The notes under the pieces were generated by a model that worked only from the letters and a program-made list of their open reading frames with translations, did not search any database and was not told the origin of the DNA. Source: the human T2T-CHM13v2.0 reference genome, Homo sapiens. From it: DNA of 64,000 bases. Location: the NCBI RefSeq assembly GCF_009914755.1, contig NC_060934.1. One strand, written 5' to 3'. A program made the translations under genes and the position numbers. This document shows positions 14,375-27,233 of this stretch, one piece after another; within the stretch, counting starts at the first letter, position 1; every line of letters begins with the position of its first letter.

Positions 14375-16090
14375 TTTTAAAATATGTTTTTAAATCAACA
14401 GACAAAAATTGTATATGTTTGTCATGTACAAATGTTTTGAATTATGAATACACTGTGGAATGGCTGAAAGGGGTTAAATAATACAGATTGAGTATCCCTT
14501 ATCTGAAATGGCACTGGAAGTATTTTGGATTTCACATTTTTTGGGATTTTAGAATATTTGTATTATACTTACCAGCTGAGCATCCCAGATCTGAAAATCA
14601 AAAATCCAAAATGCTCCAGTGAGCATTTTTTTTGAGTGTCACATTGGTGTCCAACAAGTTTCAGATTTTTGAGTATTTAGGATATCAGATTCTCAGATTG
14701 GGGTGCTTAACCTGTATGTGCATTGTGTCACATAGTTTATTATTTTTTTTTGTAGTGAGAATGCTCAAAATATACTCTTAGTAATTTTCAAGAATACAAC
14801 ATATTGTTATAATCTATAGTCACCCTGTTGTACAATAGGTTTCTTGAACTTATTTCTCCTATTTAATTGAAATTTTGTATCCTTTGACCAATATCTTCCC
14901 AACTTACTTATACTCCCAGCAGTCCCCAGTAACCACCATTCTCCTCTCTGCTTCAATGAGTTTAACTTTTTTAGGATCCACATATAAGTGAGATCATGTG
15001 GTATTTGTCTTTCTTTGCCCGGCATATTTTACTAAACATAATCTCCAGGTTCATCCATGTTGTTGCAAATGACAAGATGTCCTTTATTAAGGCTAAATAG
15101 TAGTTCATTGTGTACAAGTGCACCACACTTTCTTAATCCATTCATTCATTGATGGAACCGTAGACTGATTCCATACTTTGGTTATTGTGAATAATTGCTG
15201 CATAGGAGTGCAGATATCTCTCCTACATACTGATTTCATTTCTTTTGGATACATTCATTTCTTTTGGTGGGATTGCTAGGTTATATGTATAATAACTGTA
15301 TTTTTAATTGAGGAATCTCCATACTGTTTTTTAACTTACATTCCCACTGGTAATGTACATGGGTTCCCTTTTTCCCACATCCTTATGAATACTTACCTTC
15401 TAGCTTTTTGATAATAGCCATTTTAACAGATGTGAAGTGATATCTCATTTTGGTTTTAATTTGCATTCCCTGATGATTAATGGTGTTAAACATTTTTTAT
15501 ACACCTGTTGATCATTTGTATGTCTTCTTTTGAAATATGTCTGTTCAGGTCCTTTGCCCATATTTTAATTGGGTTGTTTGCTTAATAATGAGTTGTTTGA
15601 GTCCTTATACATTTTTTTATATTAACCCCTTATCAGATGCATGGTTTGCAAATATTTTCTCCCATTCTGTAGGTTATCTTTTCACTCTGTTGACTGTTTC
15701 TTTTGATGAGCAGAAGCTTTTTAGTTTGATGTAATCCCAATTATTTATTTTTGCTTTTGTTGCCTATGCTTTTGGGGTGACATCCAAAAAGTCATTGCCC
15801 AGACTAATGACATGGAGTTTTCCCCTATGTTTCCTTCTAGTGGTTTCGCTGCTTCAGGTCTTATGTTGAAGTCTTTAATCCACTTTGAGTTGATTTTATT
15901 ATATGGTATGAGATAAGGGTCTAATTTTTTTCTTCTGTTGTGGATATTCAGTTTTCCCAACATTGTTTATTGAGGAGACCGTCCTTTCTGCATTGTGTGT
16001 TCTTGGTACCTTTGTGGAAAACCAGTTGACTGTAAATGTGTGGATTTATTTCTGGGCTTTCTATTCTGTTCCATTAGTCTATGTGTCTTT
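14375..16090 (-). mobile_element. L1MA-type 3'UTR plus ORF2 C-terminal fragment, interrupted by Tigger4a
   Basis: ORF 15745..15963(-) [25 protein letters not shown] matches L1 ORF2. 3'UTR motif CCACATATAAGTGAGATCATG. Confidence 0.92.
14484..14714 (+). mobile_element. Tigger4a/MER46A (TcMar-Tigger MITE)
   Basis: Termini CAGATTGAGTATCCCT...GGGGTGCTTAACCTG, TA target duplications at 14482-83 and 14715-16, internal TGAGCATCCC-AAAATCCAAAATGCTCC. Confidence 0.9.
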
Positions 16091-19000
16091 ATGGCTTTCA
16101 AATATTGTGAGACAGAAGAACACAGGATACACCCTCTTCACACTTGCCATTAATAGCCCAGTGCAGCCAGAATGAACAAGGTGTTACAGAATGTGATGCA
16201 ACAACAAGGGAGTGATAATTTTATTTTAATTTAAAAAGGCATTCTCAGAAACTGAAGTTTAAATAAACCATTTGTTTAATGGCTTTAATGTGGACACTAG
16301 AAGGCACAAAGGTCTGGGCTATTGGGATTCCAGTCCATTTTCTGGAATCTTTGCCTTCAGAGGGCATAAGGTAATCAAGTACGTGGGAGGTAAGAGTCCA
16401 AATGTTCTGTATTACTCTCATCTTTCTGTGAATGACCAAATTCTTCTGCTTTTCACTGGCAATCATATATTTTGTCAACTTGTGAAAAAATACTCTACAA
16501 AGATGAAAATTGACCTTATAAAGATTCTTCACATGTATCACATTTGAGAAGGTTGTGTTCCTGACTGAAGAATCTTGCCTTGGTTTGTTGACTCTGGGGT
16601 TACACTGTGTCCAGTTATGGCTCCTTGGATGAAGGCCCTGTGTTGTTTTTGAGTCAGCTCACTCAGCTTTCTGGAGGGCAGTTGATTCCATGAAAATACT
16701 TGTCTATGTGATCAAGCAGTGGGGGCTGAATGTGTGGCTCTTCACAACAGAATGCAAGGCGGATTACTACTATTCCTACAGTGCTACTGTTATTATTAAT
16801 TTTAAAAACATACAATGTCATTATCAACCTTGATCTGCTCTGCTTTTGTATTTTAGTAATTGATTGGATGAGAATGTGCCCAGGCATGCTTTAATCACTG
16901 GAAGGGCACCAGGGTTTAATCTTCCAAAGGGGTTTTTCCCATTGTTATTTCCTGAAACATGCTTGCCATTACTCAAGTGGCATACAAAATAAAATTCAAA
17001 TCAAAACAGCAAAAGAGATGTGATCCCTCTCTTTTGTGCCTTCTTTTAGGCTTAATTCTCATAAGTAGAACATATCTAAGAAGAGTAGGCTTTTGAGTTC
17101 CAGGCATACTACTTCTAAACTCTTCACTTAAAGCTAGCACATTCACCTGACCTTGAAAAGGTGAATAGATACACACTGCTGAGATTAAATAAGGCACCAC
17201 AGAAGAATAACTACAGGAGGAGCAAGTAAGTGCAATACCCTCTTGTATGAAGTGTGACCAACCTGAATTAAACCATATTTCTAGTCCTCCCTCAGCTCCA
17301 AACTTTTCAGAGCTTTTGCTCAATGACTCCACCCCATTGTATCCTTGGCTGACTCTCATAATTGCCTCATTATTATATTTTCTATATAATATGCATCTTT
17401 GGATTCATAGCCCAACAATCTCAGCTGGTTCTCCTCTGTAGTTTGTTTAGCAGACAATTGTAGTCATTGCCCCTCAGCCCATACAACATGGGGGATCTGG
17501 ATGGAAATGAAACGCAGACTTGGCTCATCAGAGGGCAGCTTGGCTTCACTTGTATGCCACAAACATTGTCACCTCATAACACTGACAATAGTCACTGATG
17601 AGCACATTTGAACCCATTCCCAAAAGTGCATTGCCTCCACACCACATGAATTAGAGCCATTTGTGTTATTTTGCTTATGTGTTCTTTTTCTTTTCTCTGT
17701 TGTGTATTCAGATTCCCATATTAGTTTTCCTTAATCTAAGACTTACATTAGATGACTCTAGCCAGACTGTCAAATTATTTGAGAACTCTCTTTGTAGCTC
17801 TAAATCTAGGGTAGTACCTGGTAGTCAATAATTATTTATCAAATGAATGGATATTTTTCAACACTTACTGGCAATCAAGAAATAATTGTATTTCTAAAAC
17901 AGTGTGAAAACACGATGAATTGAATTGAATTGGCGAGAATAGAATATAAACTGCATAACTGTAAGAGATAGTACTATACAATAGTGCTGATGACATTTTG
18001 TTTTGCTTTATTTTATTTTATTTATTTTCTGGGGCTGCCTGATACAAAAAGTTCCTTGTGAAAAGAGAAGATTGGAATCCAATTAGTAGATTGGAATTGA
18101 TGAGTTAGTTAAGGGCTTTAGCATCCTACCATGGGCTGTGGTTTTTCCCCCTGAACCTATGGGCATGTTTTGATTGAAGATGATGGCTGGAAGCTGCCAC
18201 GTTTGAAGGGCTAGAGAAAGAGCCTGGGTTTCCTGTGTCAGATGATACAAACTAGAAACTAGAAACGCTACATGGTAGGGAGGCAGTGGGGGACAGAAGA
18301 AAAGACATCATTATTCTTTGTCTCTTCTTTTCCCTGGGGGAAATGTTGGCATCCAAATATTCAACAGTAGGTTGACATGTGGAAAGTGGCCTAGCCAAAG
18401 GATCTGTGGTGATCGGGAGTCATAAATCAGATATGAGAGGGAGAGACCATATGGTGCAGAAAGAAAGTGACGATGCGATTCTTTCAGCTATAGCCACTCA
18501 CGTGCACTCTCTTACCCAGTAGAGAGAGGGGCCCCTTTCCACTGTTTCTTTTCTACTTCCCCAGTGAACCTGCAGGAATGTCAGCTGAAATACCTTGCTC
18601 TTTTCTACACATTTCTGAATCAGCCAAGATGTCAGTGACCTGGAAAGGACTCAGGTGAGAGCCAGAGAAATGATTAAAGAGCCGGTGATGCCGATGATCC
18701 AGTGGGTGTCTCCTCTCCGCACCACTAGAACTGACTTATGGGAAGATAGTCAAATAACTAGATATGTGTTGTTTGGCCCAGGGCAGACAAGAAGGAAGGT
18801 ATGGGGTAACTTGTCTCCAATGGAGTTGCCAACAGCCAATGAATTATTGTGTCTTTTCCTCTCCAAATGGACTGTCAGTATACATATATATATTTTCAAG
18901 TTTTATTGAAAATAGTTACCTCAAATTTACTTGCACTTATTTTCCTGAGAGTCTGAGGAATCACATTCTCATTGCTGCAGGCCCCCAGAAGTTTTGAAAC

Positions 19001-21119
19001 AGCCTCTGCCACGCCACGCAACTCTACTCACCCAGAGAAATTGCCTTCCCTCTTTTCCCTCAACTTGTCTGGAGATGAAAAGGATGAGATTGAAACCCCT
19101 TTTCTTAGAGACACGTCCCCTCCCTTGCTGGTTTCTGGCTTCTCTTTTCGGTGTGTGAGCAAAATCATTTTATTAAACCATTTGTCAGGGGGCAGATGGG
19201 AAGTCTGTCTTTCCCATTAGTTAGCAGAAAGTGACCCCAGCAGCTGTGGAGGGAATCGGTCAAGCCATTGCTACCAACCAGACCAGGGTGGAGAAGGAGG
19301 CCGGGCTTTGCTCAGTTGTCACAAGGTCCCAGGCGGCTCCCCAGGAGCCTTGGAACTGATGAGGCCCTGTTTTTATTGGCCATGCCTGTGGTAGGCTGAC
19401 TTCCTTCACTCTGAGCTTCAGGCCAGCCAGGGAAGGGGGCAGGGGCCACTAGCATTGGGAAGCTTTCGTACTTTGCCCTTAACACTCCATATCCCTGTTT
19501 AATTAATTTCCTAACTTTGTGGGGGAAAAAGATGAAATAAATAAGGCCAACTGACCACTTCATAATTTGTTTCTGAAGCTTGGCTGGACATAAAAGTCTC
19601 CCTTCCAAAACCACACGGCATAATTTATTTTACGATTCCCTCTCGGCACCAGGTCTGGGCTAACCTTGAGTTTGGAGGCTGTGCCTTCGCTTCCTGGTGC
19701 TGGTGGTCACAGTGTGTCCTTTCTTGGCAGTGGCCATGGGCCCAGCAAAACAGACCTCTGAAAGGCGAGCAGATTAATCATTTTGAAGGCATGCTCGCCT
19801 CAACAGTTCCCCTGCAGGATGTCGGAGAACCGGAGAGAGGGGACTGCTGTAGTTCACAAGGGGCATAGGGAAATGCCTGAAGACTCACAAAAACAAGGGG
19901 GTGAACAACAGAAAAAGAATGAGTGCTTTTAAATTGTACATGCTGGAGTTTTCACTAACCGAAAAGTATTACCAAAAAATATATTGCCACTCCTAGAGCA
20001 CAAACTGTGATGAGTCCAACCCTTTTATTACAATCAGGCTTTCTCTAAATATATTATGCCCTGCAGGTCAAAATGATTTACTTCTCTATTTTGGGACATC
20101 TGAGTTCTATTCTACTGTTGCCAGTATGTTTTCAGCTGTGCCAGAACCGAGCAGGTCTGCGGCTCCTTTGTAACATCAAAACGGAGACATTTATCATTGA
20201 GATTTATCATGGGACAGCCTGCCAGATGGTTTGGGTATTTTAAAGGTGAACTGTTTGGGCCTTGATTAGCTCATGCGGACTTCTAGCTAAAGACAACTCT
20301 ATCAGCTGCTCAGTGGAAAGACACTGACGTCCCCCTCCCCCCAGCTCCCTCCCTCTGTTCTTCTAGTAATGCAGAAAATATTAATGTAATGGCAGATGTG
20401 GCATAGATTGTCATTTCAGGAAGAAAACCAAGCCATAACCAACTCCACTGATTGCATTCTAATTATAATGTGACCTCCTGTTGCTTTGCATAGAGGCAGT
20501 ATTCATTTCAGTACACCACTGTAAAACTTGCCTAGTCAACGACCCTCAAAGGGGCAATTGTAAGATTTAAGCTTGGATTTTTTTGCTCATACCAAAGTCC
20601 TTTATTCTGCCAAGCCTCTGCTGATTGGGCCAGAAAGAATGCATTTGATTATATAGACTAAACTTATTGGGAACAGAACCTCTGTGCTTTGAAATGCTTT
20701 TCATTCAAATTACATTCAGACATTCAATCAACATTGATTATGATATGGATTGGCAACAGGGAATGCCTTGGGTTTTTGGTCTGGCTTGAAAGTTTGCTGA
20801 GTTTCGTACCAGATAACAACTGGGAAGCCAGCTGAGTTTCCTTAACCTTTTCCATGAGTTTCTCAGAAAAGGATGGTTTCTCTTGGGAGGCCAGGAGTTC
20901 CTTATTCCCACTTGATGCAGTATTCCAAGATCATTTCTTCACTTGGAAAATTTGGGTCTTTGGGGCTTCCAAATTTAATTAACCTCTGATAGCTTTGGGA
21001 AATGTGTGCTCATTTGTGTTTATGTTAATAAAGTAGGTCCTTGACTTTGTGCATGAAAATCTAGGAGAATGCATCTTAGATTCAGATTCCAGGTCTAAAA
21101 TTTTGTATCATGGAAGAAA

Positions 21120-21270
21120 GTGATCATCACTAATTCTGGTCATAGATGTTGTCTGTGTGATTTAGAGCAAGGCTCAGTTTTCTCATCTGCAAAATGAAAT
21201 AAAGGTGATCCCAAGGTTTAATTTCTAATAAAGTTGATTTGAAAATACTAAGAAACAATATAATATTGTT
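21120..21270 (+). mobile_element. MIR fragment
   Basis: TGTGTGATTTAGAGCAAG...CTCAGTTTTCTCATCTGCAAAATG. Confidence 0.6.
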
Positions 21271-21979
21271 ATTATTATTTACATGTCAGTGTATGTGCTT
21301 GTGTTTTTGAGGGGCCTTTGCCTGCATCTAGACCTCTCTGTCTCTGGAAAAATCCTGGTGGGATCAGTTTTCGAAGTAGTTGGCTCTTGGCAGACTCGCA
21401 GACATACTAAAGTTTTTGTTTTGACTTGAAGGTCCTCTTCCGGCCCTTCTGAATAACTTTAACCTAAAAGTCAGGCTAGAATTCCCACAAGAAGAGAGTT
21501 GCCAGGGCATCCTCATTCCAAGCTATAAAATCACTGGAGATAGCTCCATTTTCTTTATCCAATCACATGCCATGAGCTGTCATTTGTGTACAGATGTCTC
21601 TCAAATATAGATTTCCAGCCTTCATAGCATTCCTGAAATTTAGCATTGCTAAGTATATGGTCACCTTGAATAGTATTCTAGGATCTCGAATTCAGTACGT
21701 TCTCTTTTTTCCCCCAAAACAATGGCAACCAGCCTCTCCTCTGTTCTCTCTTTCTCTTAACTGCTCCTGTAGTTCCAGTTACTAGAGTTCAAAACCTTGG
21801 AACTTTTATTTTCTCCCTTGTCTTTACTTCCCACATAGAACTAGTTGCCAAGTCCTGTGAATTATACCACTTGAAAATATCTGTTCTTCCTAAAGTTAGT
21901 GCTTTTTCATTGAGTCTAATCATTTCCTTCATGGCCTGTGTAATTTAGTCTTTCCACCAATCCAGTCATCCTACCATGA

Positions 21980-22532
21980 TGTGGCAGCAGCTTCTAAGAT
22001 GGTCCTTATAATATCTGTTATCTGGTGTTCATACCCTTGTGAGATCTCCTCCCCTTATGTGTGGATGGGACCTGTGATTTGCTTGTAACCAGCAGATTAT
22101 CGAAAAAAGTAATGGGATGTCACTTTCATGATTAAGTGACATAGGATTGTGACTTCTGCCTTAGTAGAAAACTTTTTTCCTGCTGATCTTGATGAAGTAA
22201 GAAGCTATGTTGGAGAGGCCCACACGGCAGCAGCAGAGGGTGGCCTCTGGCCAGCAGCCAGTAAGGAACTATGGCCCTCTACCCAAGACCCCACAAGAAA
22301 CTGAATCCTGTCAACAATCTTTTGAGCTTGGAAGCTTCCCCAGTTAAGCCTCAGATGAGACCCCAGCCCTGGTCTGTACCTTGATAACAGTCTTGTGAGA
22401 TGCCTAAAACAGAGGACACAGCTAAGCTGTATCCAGATTCCTGACCCACAGAAAGTGTGAGACAACAAATATGTATTATTTTAAGCTGTTAGATTTGTGG
22501 TAATTTGTTACCTAATATTAGACAGCTGTATC
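21980..22532 (+). mobile_element. MaLR solo LTR, MLT1E-like
   Basis: TGTGGCAGCAGCTTCTAAGATGG...GGAGAGGCCCAC...GCCTCAGATGAGACCCCAGCCCTGG...GATTCCTGACCCACAGAAA...TTTGTGGTAATTTGTTA. Confidence 0.88.
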
Positions 22533-22921
22533 CTAGAGCAGCTAGATTACTGCCTGACAATATCAGTCTTTTGCTCAGAAATACTCAGTGTCTTCATGAT
22601 TCTTTGTCTTTGGCCTTGAACTCCCTATTCAAGCTGTTTTCCAATTCTCCTTCCTGAGCACAATTACCTCTGTACTGTTCATATTTCTGGCTTTCTGCCT
22701 TTTACCTTTTGCTGACATCGTTACCATTTCCTGGATTTTCTTTATGACTAAATCTCACATCTTTTTTAAAGGCCCACTTAAATGTCACCTCTTTCATAAA
22801 AGCTTTTTTGATTCTCTGAAGCTATATAGATCTCTGAGCTGCCATCGTTCTATACCTCAGGTTCCTATTCATTTTCTACCTCATAGGGGACTGGTTTGAG
22901 AACATTGCTGTATCTGTACTA

Positions 22922-23154
22922 CAGGTTGAATACCCCTTATCAAAAATACTTCAGGTCAGAAGTGTTGAGAATTTGGGGTTTTGGGGGAGATTTTGGAATA
23001 TCTGCATTATATGCTTACCTGTTGAGCATCCCCAGTCTGAAAATCCAAAATGCTCATTTGAGCATTTCCTTTGAGGGTCATGTTGGTACATAAAACATTT
23101 TGGGTTTCGGAGCATTTTGGATTTTGGATTTTCAGCTTAGGGATACTCAACCTG
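22922..23154 (+). mobile_element. Tigger4a/MER46A MITE, second copy
   Basis: CAGGTTGAATACCCCTTATC...TAGGGATACTCAACCTG terminal inverted repeats. Collinear with 14484-14714. Confidence 0.9.
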
Positions 23155-23224
23155 TGCTAGGCTGCAAATTATATGAAGGAGGCTTCTTCTGATTCATCTT
23201 TCCATGCCCTTGAGCTTCCAATAT

Positions 23225-23305
23225 AATGACTTAATGGATGGTATGCTCTCAGTGGATGAGACTCAATGGATGGTATGCTCCAATGACTCAATGGATGGTA
23301 TGTTC
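23225..23305. repeat. Three copies of a ~21-bp unit GACT(C/T)AATGGATGGTATG(C/T)TC
   Basis: Copies at ~23228, 23260 and 23285 with short irregular spacers. Confidence 0.9.
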
Positions 23306-23431
23306 TTGTTCATGAAGAGCAAGCCAGTGTGCCCACAGGACAGCAAAACAGAAGTGGTTTGTGGAACTATTCGTTTATTTACTTGCTTATTCTTTTATTC
23401 CTTCCTTTACCGCATACCTGGCATTGTCCTA

Positions 23432-23960
23432 GGGGCTGATGTGGACTCATGGGCATCATGCTTAGAAAGGGACCTTGTTCTTGGGGTTTTATGTTTAAGC
23501 ATCACCATCTTCTTGAGACTCTTAATCATTTTATTTTTGAATCTGTGTTTTCTGAGTGAAGTCCCAGAAGGTAGTGGGGTATATGCTAGGGGCTCAGAGA
23601 ATTTGCCAGTGCCTTCTGCCTCCCTGACATAGATTCTAACCCACTTGTTCTCCTCACCCTCCCACCATGGCAGAGGCCTGGGCACAACCACAGGGAGAGT
23701 TGGGGTTGGGTACACATGCCCTGTATTCCAGGTCACAGAGTAAGGACCCTGGGTACCTGGGAGGATCTGTACTCGCTGCATAGTCAGGAAGTAACTATGT
23801 AAGTATCATATTAAATAAGAAATACTATGACAGGTTGAGAGAAAGAGAGGAGAGCATTAGTGAGCTTACAGACAAACAGGAAAAGCTTTTCTCTTGCCTT
23901 TTGAACAAGTGCCTGCATTTTCATTTGTACTGGACCCTGGAAATTATGTAGCTGGCCCTG
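23432..23960 (-). mobile_element. MER45-family hAT-Tip100 DNA transposon (long, MER45C-like)
   Basis: Right end reads CAGGGCCAGCTACATAATTTCCAGGGTCCAGTACAAATGAAAATGCAGG on the - strand, matching the MER45 terminus. Left end is degenerate. Confidence 0.75.
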
Positions 23961-23961
23961 A

Positions 23962-24400
23962 CTAGGGGTATAGTGGGAAACCAAAGGGGCAGGGATACAG
24001 CTGTGGCAGCAGAGGTGGGGTCGGGGGAAACAGCAAACAACAGACAATAAACAAGATGATTTCAGAAAGTCATAAGTACTATGACTTTCTGAGAATCAAA
24101 TGAGGTGATATGCTGGTGAGTCCCTGAGTATGGTGCAGGAAGCATGTTACCTTAAAGAAAGATGATGAGGGAACCGTCGCTGAGAAGGTGGCATTTGAGT
24201 GGACATCTGCAGGAGGTAAAGAGGTTAGGCCGTTCCAGGAATATGGGGCAGTTTCTAGGCAGAATAATGTGCTAGGTCAAAATCCTTGGGGCTGGAACAA
24301 GCTTGAAATAGCCAAGAGCTAGACACAAAAGCCAGTGCTGCAGTAGCCTAGAGACTGTGGAAGAGAGGAGGCTTGGGGCATTTACTAAGGTAAGATGAAG
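23962..24400 (-). mobile_element. L2 fragment
   Basis: ACAGACAATAAACAA...CTGAGAAGGTGGCATTTGAG...GGCAGAATAA...GAACAAGCTTG antisense L2 motifs. Confidence 0.6.
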
Positions 24401-24407
24401 CTGATCC

Positions 24408-24719
24408 TTTATTTTATTTTATTGTTCTTTTTTTAGAATTAGGTTCTTGCTGTGTCACCCAGGCTAGAGTGCAGTGGTGGGATCATGGCTCACTGCAGCC
24501 TCAAACTCCTGGATCAAGCAATCCTCCCACTTTAGCCTTCTGAGTAGCTGGGACTACAGGCGTGTGTCACCACTCCTGGCTAATTTTTAATCTTTTTTTG
24601 TAGAGGTAGGGTCTAGGTATGTTGCACTGGCTGGTCTCCAACTTCTGGCCCCAGGCAATCCTCCCGCCTTGATCACCATAAGTGCTGGGATTACAGGCAG
24701 GAGCCACTGTGCATGGTCC
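24408..24719 (-). mobile_element. AluJ SINE
   Basis: GATCATGGCTCACTGCAGCCTCAAACTCCTGG...CAATCCTCCC J-type motifs. Degenerate TSD AGCTG(A/G)T(C/T)CTTT. Confidence 0.93.
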
Positions 24720-26489
24720 AGCTGGTTCTTTAACACCAACACCATACTGGCCATAGTGAGGACACAGCTTGCCTCTGGGCTTGTCTAGGTCTGTAGTCCA
24801 GTATTTTCACACCTAAGAATTACTAAGGAGGGATTTTACAGCAATGCGCTCCCTGCATTTTCTACCTTAATTTAATTCCTTTTTCTTTGTCAACATAGCT
24901 ATTCTGCATTCTTTAAAATAGAGATTTTTTCAGAGACATGTAACTTACAAGGATGTAAATAATCATAGGTGGGCCAAGGAATGTGTAGTTCCTAGGGAGA
25001 GCTTTGCAAATGAGATTGGTTCCTTTCCCACAGAACCTCAAGGACTGTTGGATTTGTTTCAGAGGTCACAAATGGGCACCTTATGGCCCAAACTGGAGCC
25101 CCAGAAGTGTTTTATTTGTTCTGCATGTTGCCCTTCATCAAACAGGAGTGCCCCAGCAATGGCCCTGTGCTCCCCAGATAGCTCTGTCCTAATCTCTCCT
25201 ATAGTCTCCTGCTTGTGCTTCTTCCCTTTATGCCTGAACTCTTTTTAATTGTTTCTCATTAAAAAAATTATACTCCACTGTATAGTGCAGACGTGGAAAT
25301 GTTGGCATGTGGATAGACCCTGTACCAAAAACCCAGCAGAAGATTCAGAGTCCCTGAGATGCTTCCTCCTCATCTTCTTCGCCAAGCACCTCTTGTCACT
25401 GATCTTGGAAGTTAGAGGTGGGAAAAGGCAGGTAAGAGGGCCAAGAAGTCAAAGTCCTAATTCATGCATGCCTGGGCCCACCCGTCTTCCCGTCTTGCAT
25501 GCCCATTCTGTGGACTCCCTATATGTAGATGCTAACCCAGGAAACCCCTCAGGGCCAGTGGTGCATGGCTGGCTCCCTTCCTACAGACTGTTCCTTTAAA
25601 AATTTGGGGCTTTAACTGAGAAGAAAATTAAGTAATTTTGTTATTTTTTCCTTCATAAAGCTAAAATTATTAATCTTCAGAGATAAGTACTGTTCAGTGC
25701 ATAATGAGTTCGAATTGTTGATAATTATAATTTTGAAGAGTTTCAGCTTGCTGTCAGCCAAGTAATTAAAGGGGTGGGACCAGGGTTCTATTTTGTTCAT
25801 GATGGTTATGCTTCTGGTAAGAACTCTCTCTGTGTGGCAAAAATGCCCTCATTCTAGTCACATGGTGCAGTGAAAGGGTTAATTAAATCAAGTAAAGTAA
25901 TCCACTGGGTTGTGAAGAGTTCTCTTTTCCTAGTTTCCCCCCTGGCCTTCCATCTCTTCCTTAAGATCTTCCCATTGTCTTAGCAAAGCTGGACACCCTC
26001 AATGGTGCCCGCTCTCCACTAGTGAAACAGATGCAGGATGCCTGGGTCCTGCCTGAGCCCAGGGAAGAGGCTCAATTCCTTTCCCTCTTTCGCAACTGCC
26101 CCCTTCACCCAATTGCCCATGAGTCACCTTAAAAAAAAATGTCTTGCATATACTAGCACTGGACTAAAAAAATTGAACCAAAAGAAAAGAGGAAGAGAAA
26201 ATGGAAAACTAATGATTCAAGAAATCACATAGCACGAGATAATTCTATTTTGAAATCACAGCAGTGGCACCCAGAGGCGGACGCTCCCCAAATTACTAGT
26301 GAAAACCCTTTGATGTATCCAGTTGTAAGAAAGCCCAAGGCACTTTTTTATTATTATTATGAGTGTTTCACATTCCCCAAAAGAAACATTTAGCAGTAAT
26401 TTTTAAATGTCTGTGTGTGAGCAAGCTAAATAAAATGAAATAAAATAAAATAAATCCCTAAAAAATCTCCAACCCTAAATGTGCTTACT

Positions 26490-26810
26490 TGATGGCTGGC
26501 TTTTACTTACAATAAAAGCCAAGGTCTTACAATGGTGTATGAGGCCCCCATGAGATCTCTCTGCCCTCATCTGCCCCTTTATCTTCCCTGGCTCATTCCA
26601 CTATAGCCACACTGGCTCGCTAGCTGTTCAGGGACACACTGGGTGTGTTCCCTGCTCAGTCTGTTCCCTTGCTATATTCCCAGCCTGGATGCTCTTTCCT
26701 GGGTATATGAATGGCTCAATCGTTTCTTTCCTTGAGCTGTTTCCTCCAAAGTCTCCTTCTCATTGAAGCGTTCCCTTGCCATGCTGTATAAAACCTCAAC
26801 TTCCCACTTT
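26490..26810 (+). mobile_element. L2 fragment
   Basis: AATAAAAGCCAAGGTCTTACAATGG...GAGGCCC...GCCACACTGGC...GCCTGGATGCTCTTTCC. Confidence 0.7.
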
Positions 26811-26820
26811 TGACACTCTT

Positions 26821-27233
26821 AAAGGGACTTTGCAGATGTGATTAAGTTAAGGAACTTGAGATGGAGAGATTATCCTGGACCATGTGGGTGGGCCCGGTAT
26901 GAAAACAAAAATCCTTATAAAAAGGAAACAGCAGGGATACAAACAGGGAAAGGAGATGTTACAACAGAAATAGAAGTTGGAGTGATGTAAGTTGAAGATG
27001 AAGGAAGGGTCCACAAGCCAAGAAATGCAGGCAGCCTCTAGAAACTGGAAAGGCAAAAGGAAATGATTTTTTTCTGGGGCCTTCAGCAGTAACCAGAGCA
27101 GTTGACACCTAGATGTTATTAGCTCGGTGAGACCCTTTTTGGACTTCTGATCTCCAGACTGTAAGATAATAAATCTGTGTTGTTTTAAGCCACTGAGTTT
27201 AATTTGTTACAACAGCAATAAAAAACTAATACA
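26821..27233 (+). mobile_element. MaLR LTR, MLT1D-like (5' part missing)
   Basis: AAAGGGACTTTGCAGATGTGATTAAGTTAAGGA...GCCTCTAGAAACTGGAAAGGC...CTGTAAGATAATAAATCTGTGTTGTTTTAAGCCACT...AACTAATACA. Confidence 0.9.

Larger units (their letters stand above)
21560..23235 (+). mobile_element. Fragmented L2 hosting MLT1E LTR and Tigger4a
   Basis: L2 motifs TTGCCAAGTCCTGTGAATT (~21845) and AAGGCCCACTTAAATGTCACCTCTTTCATAAAAGCTTT (~22770). Confidence 0.6.

Noticed and set aside
23225-23305. Repeat-spacer pattern resembling a CRISPR array (also 50469-50541)
   Set aside because: Human DNA, only 2-3 units, spacers tiny or identical, no cas genes.
25060-25130. Possible hAT-Charlie terminal fragment (similar hint at ~54520-54750)
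   Set aside because: Too short and degenerate to name without a profile search.
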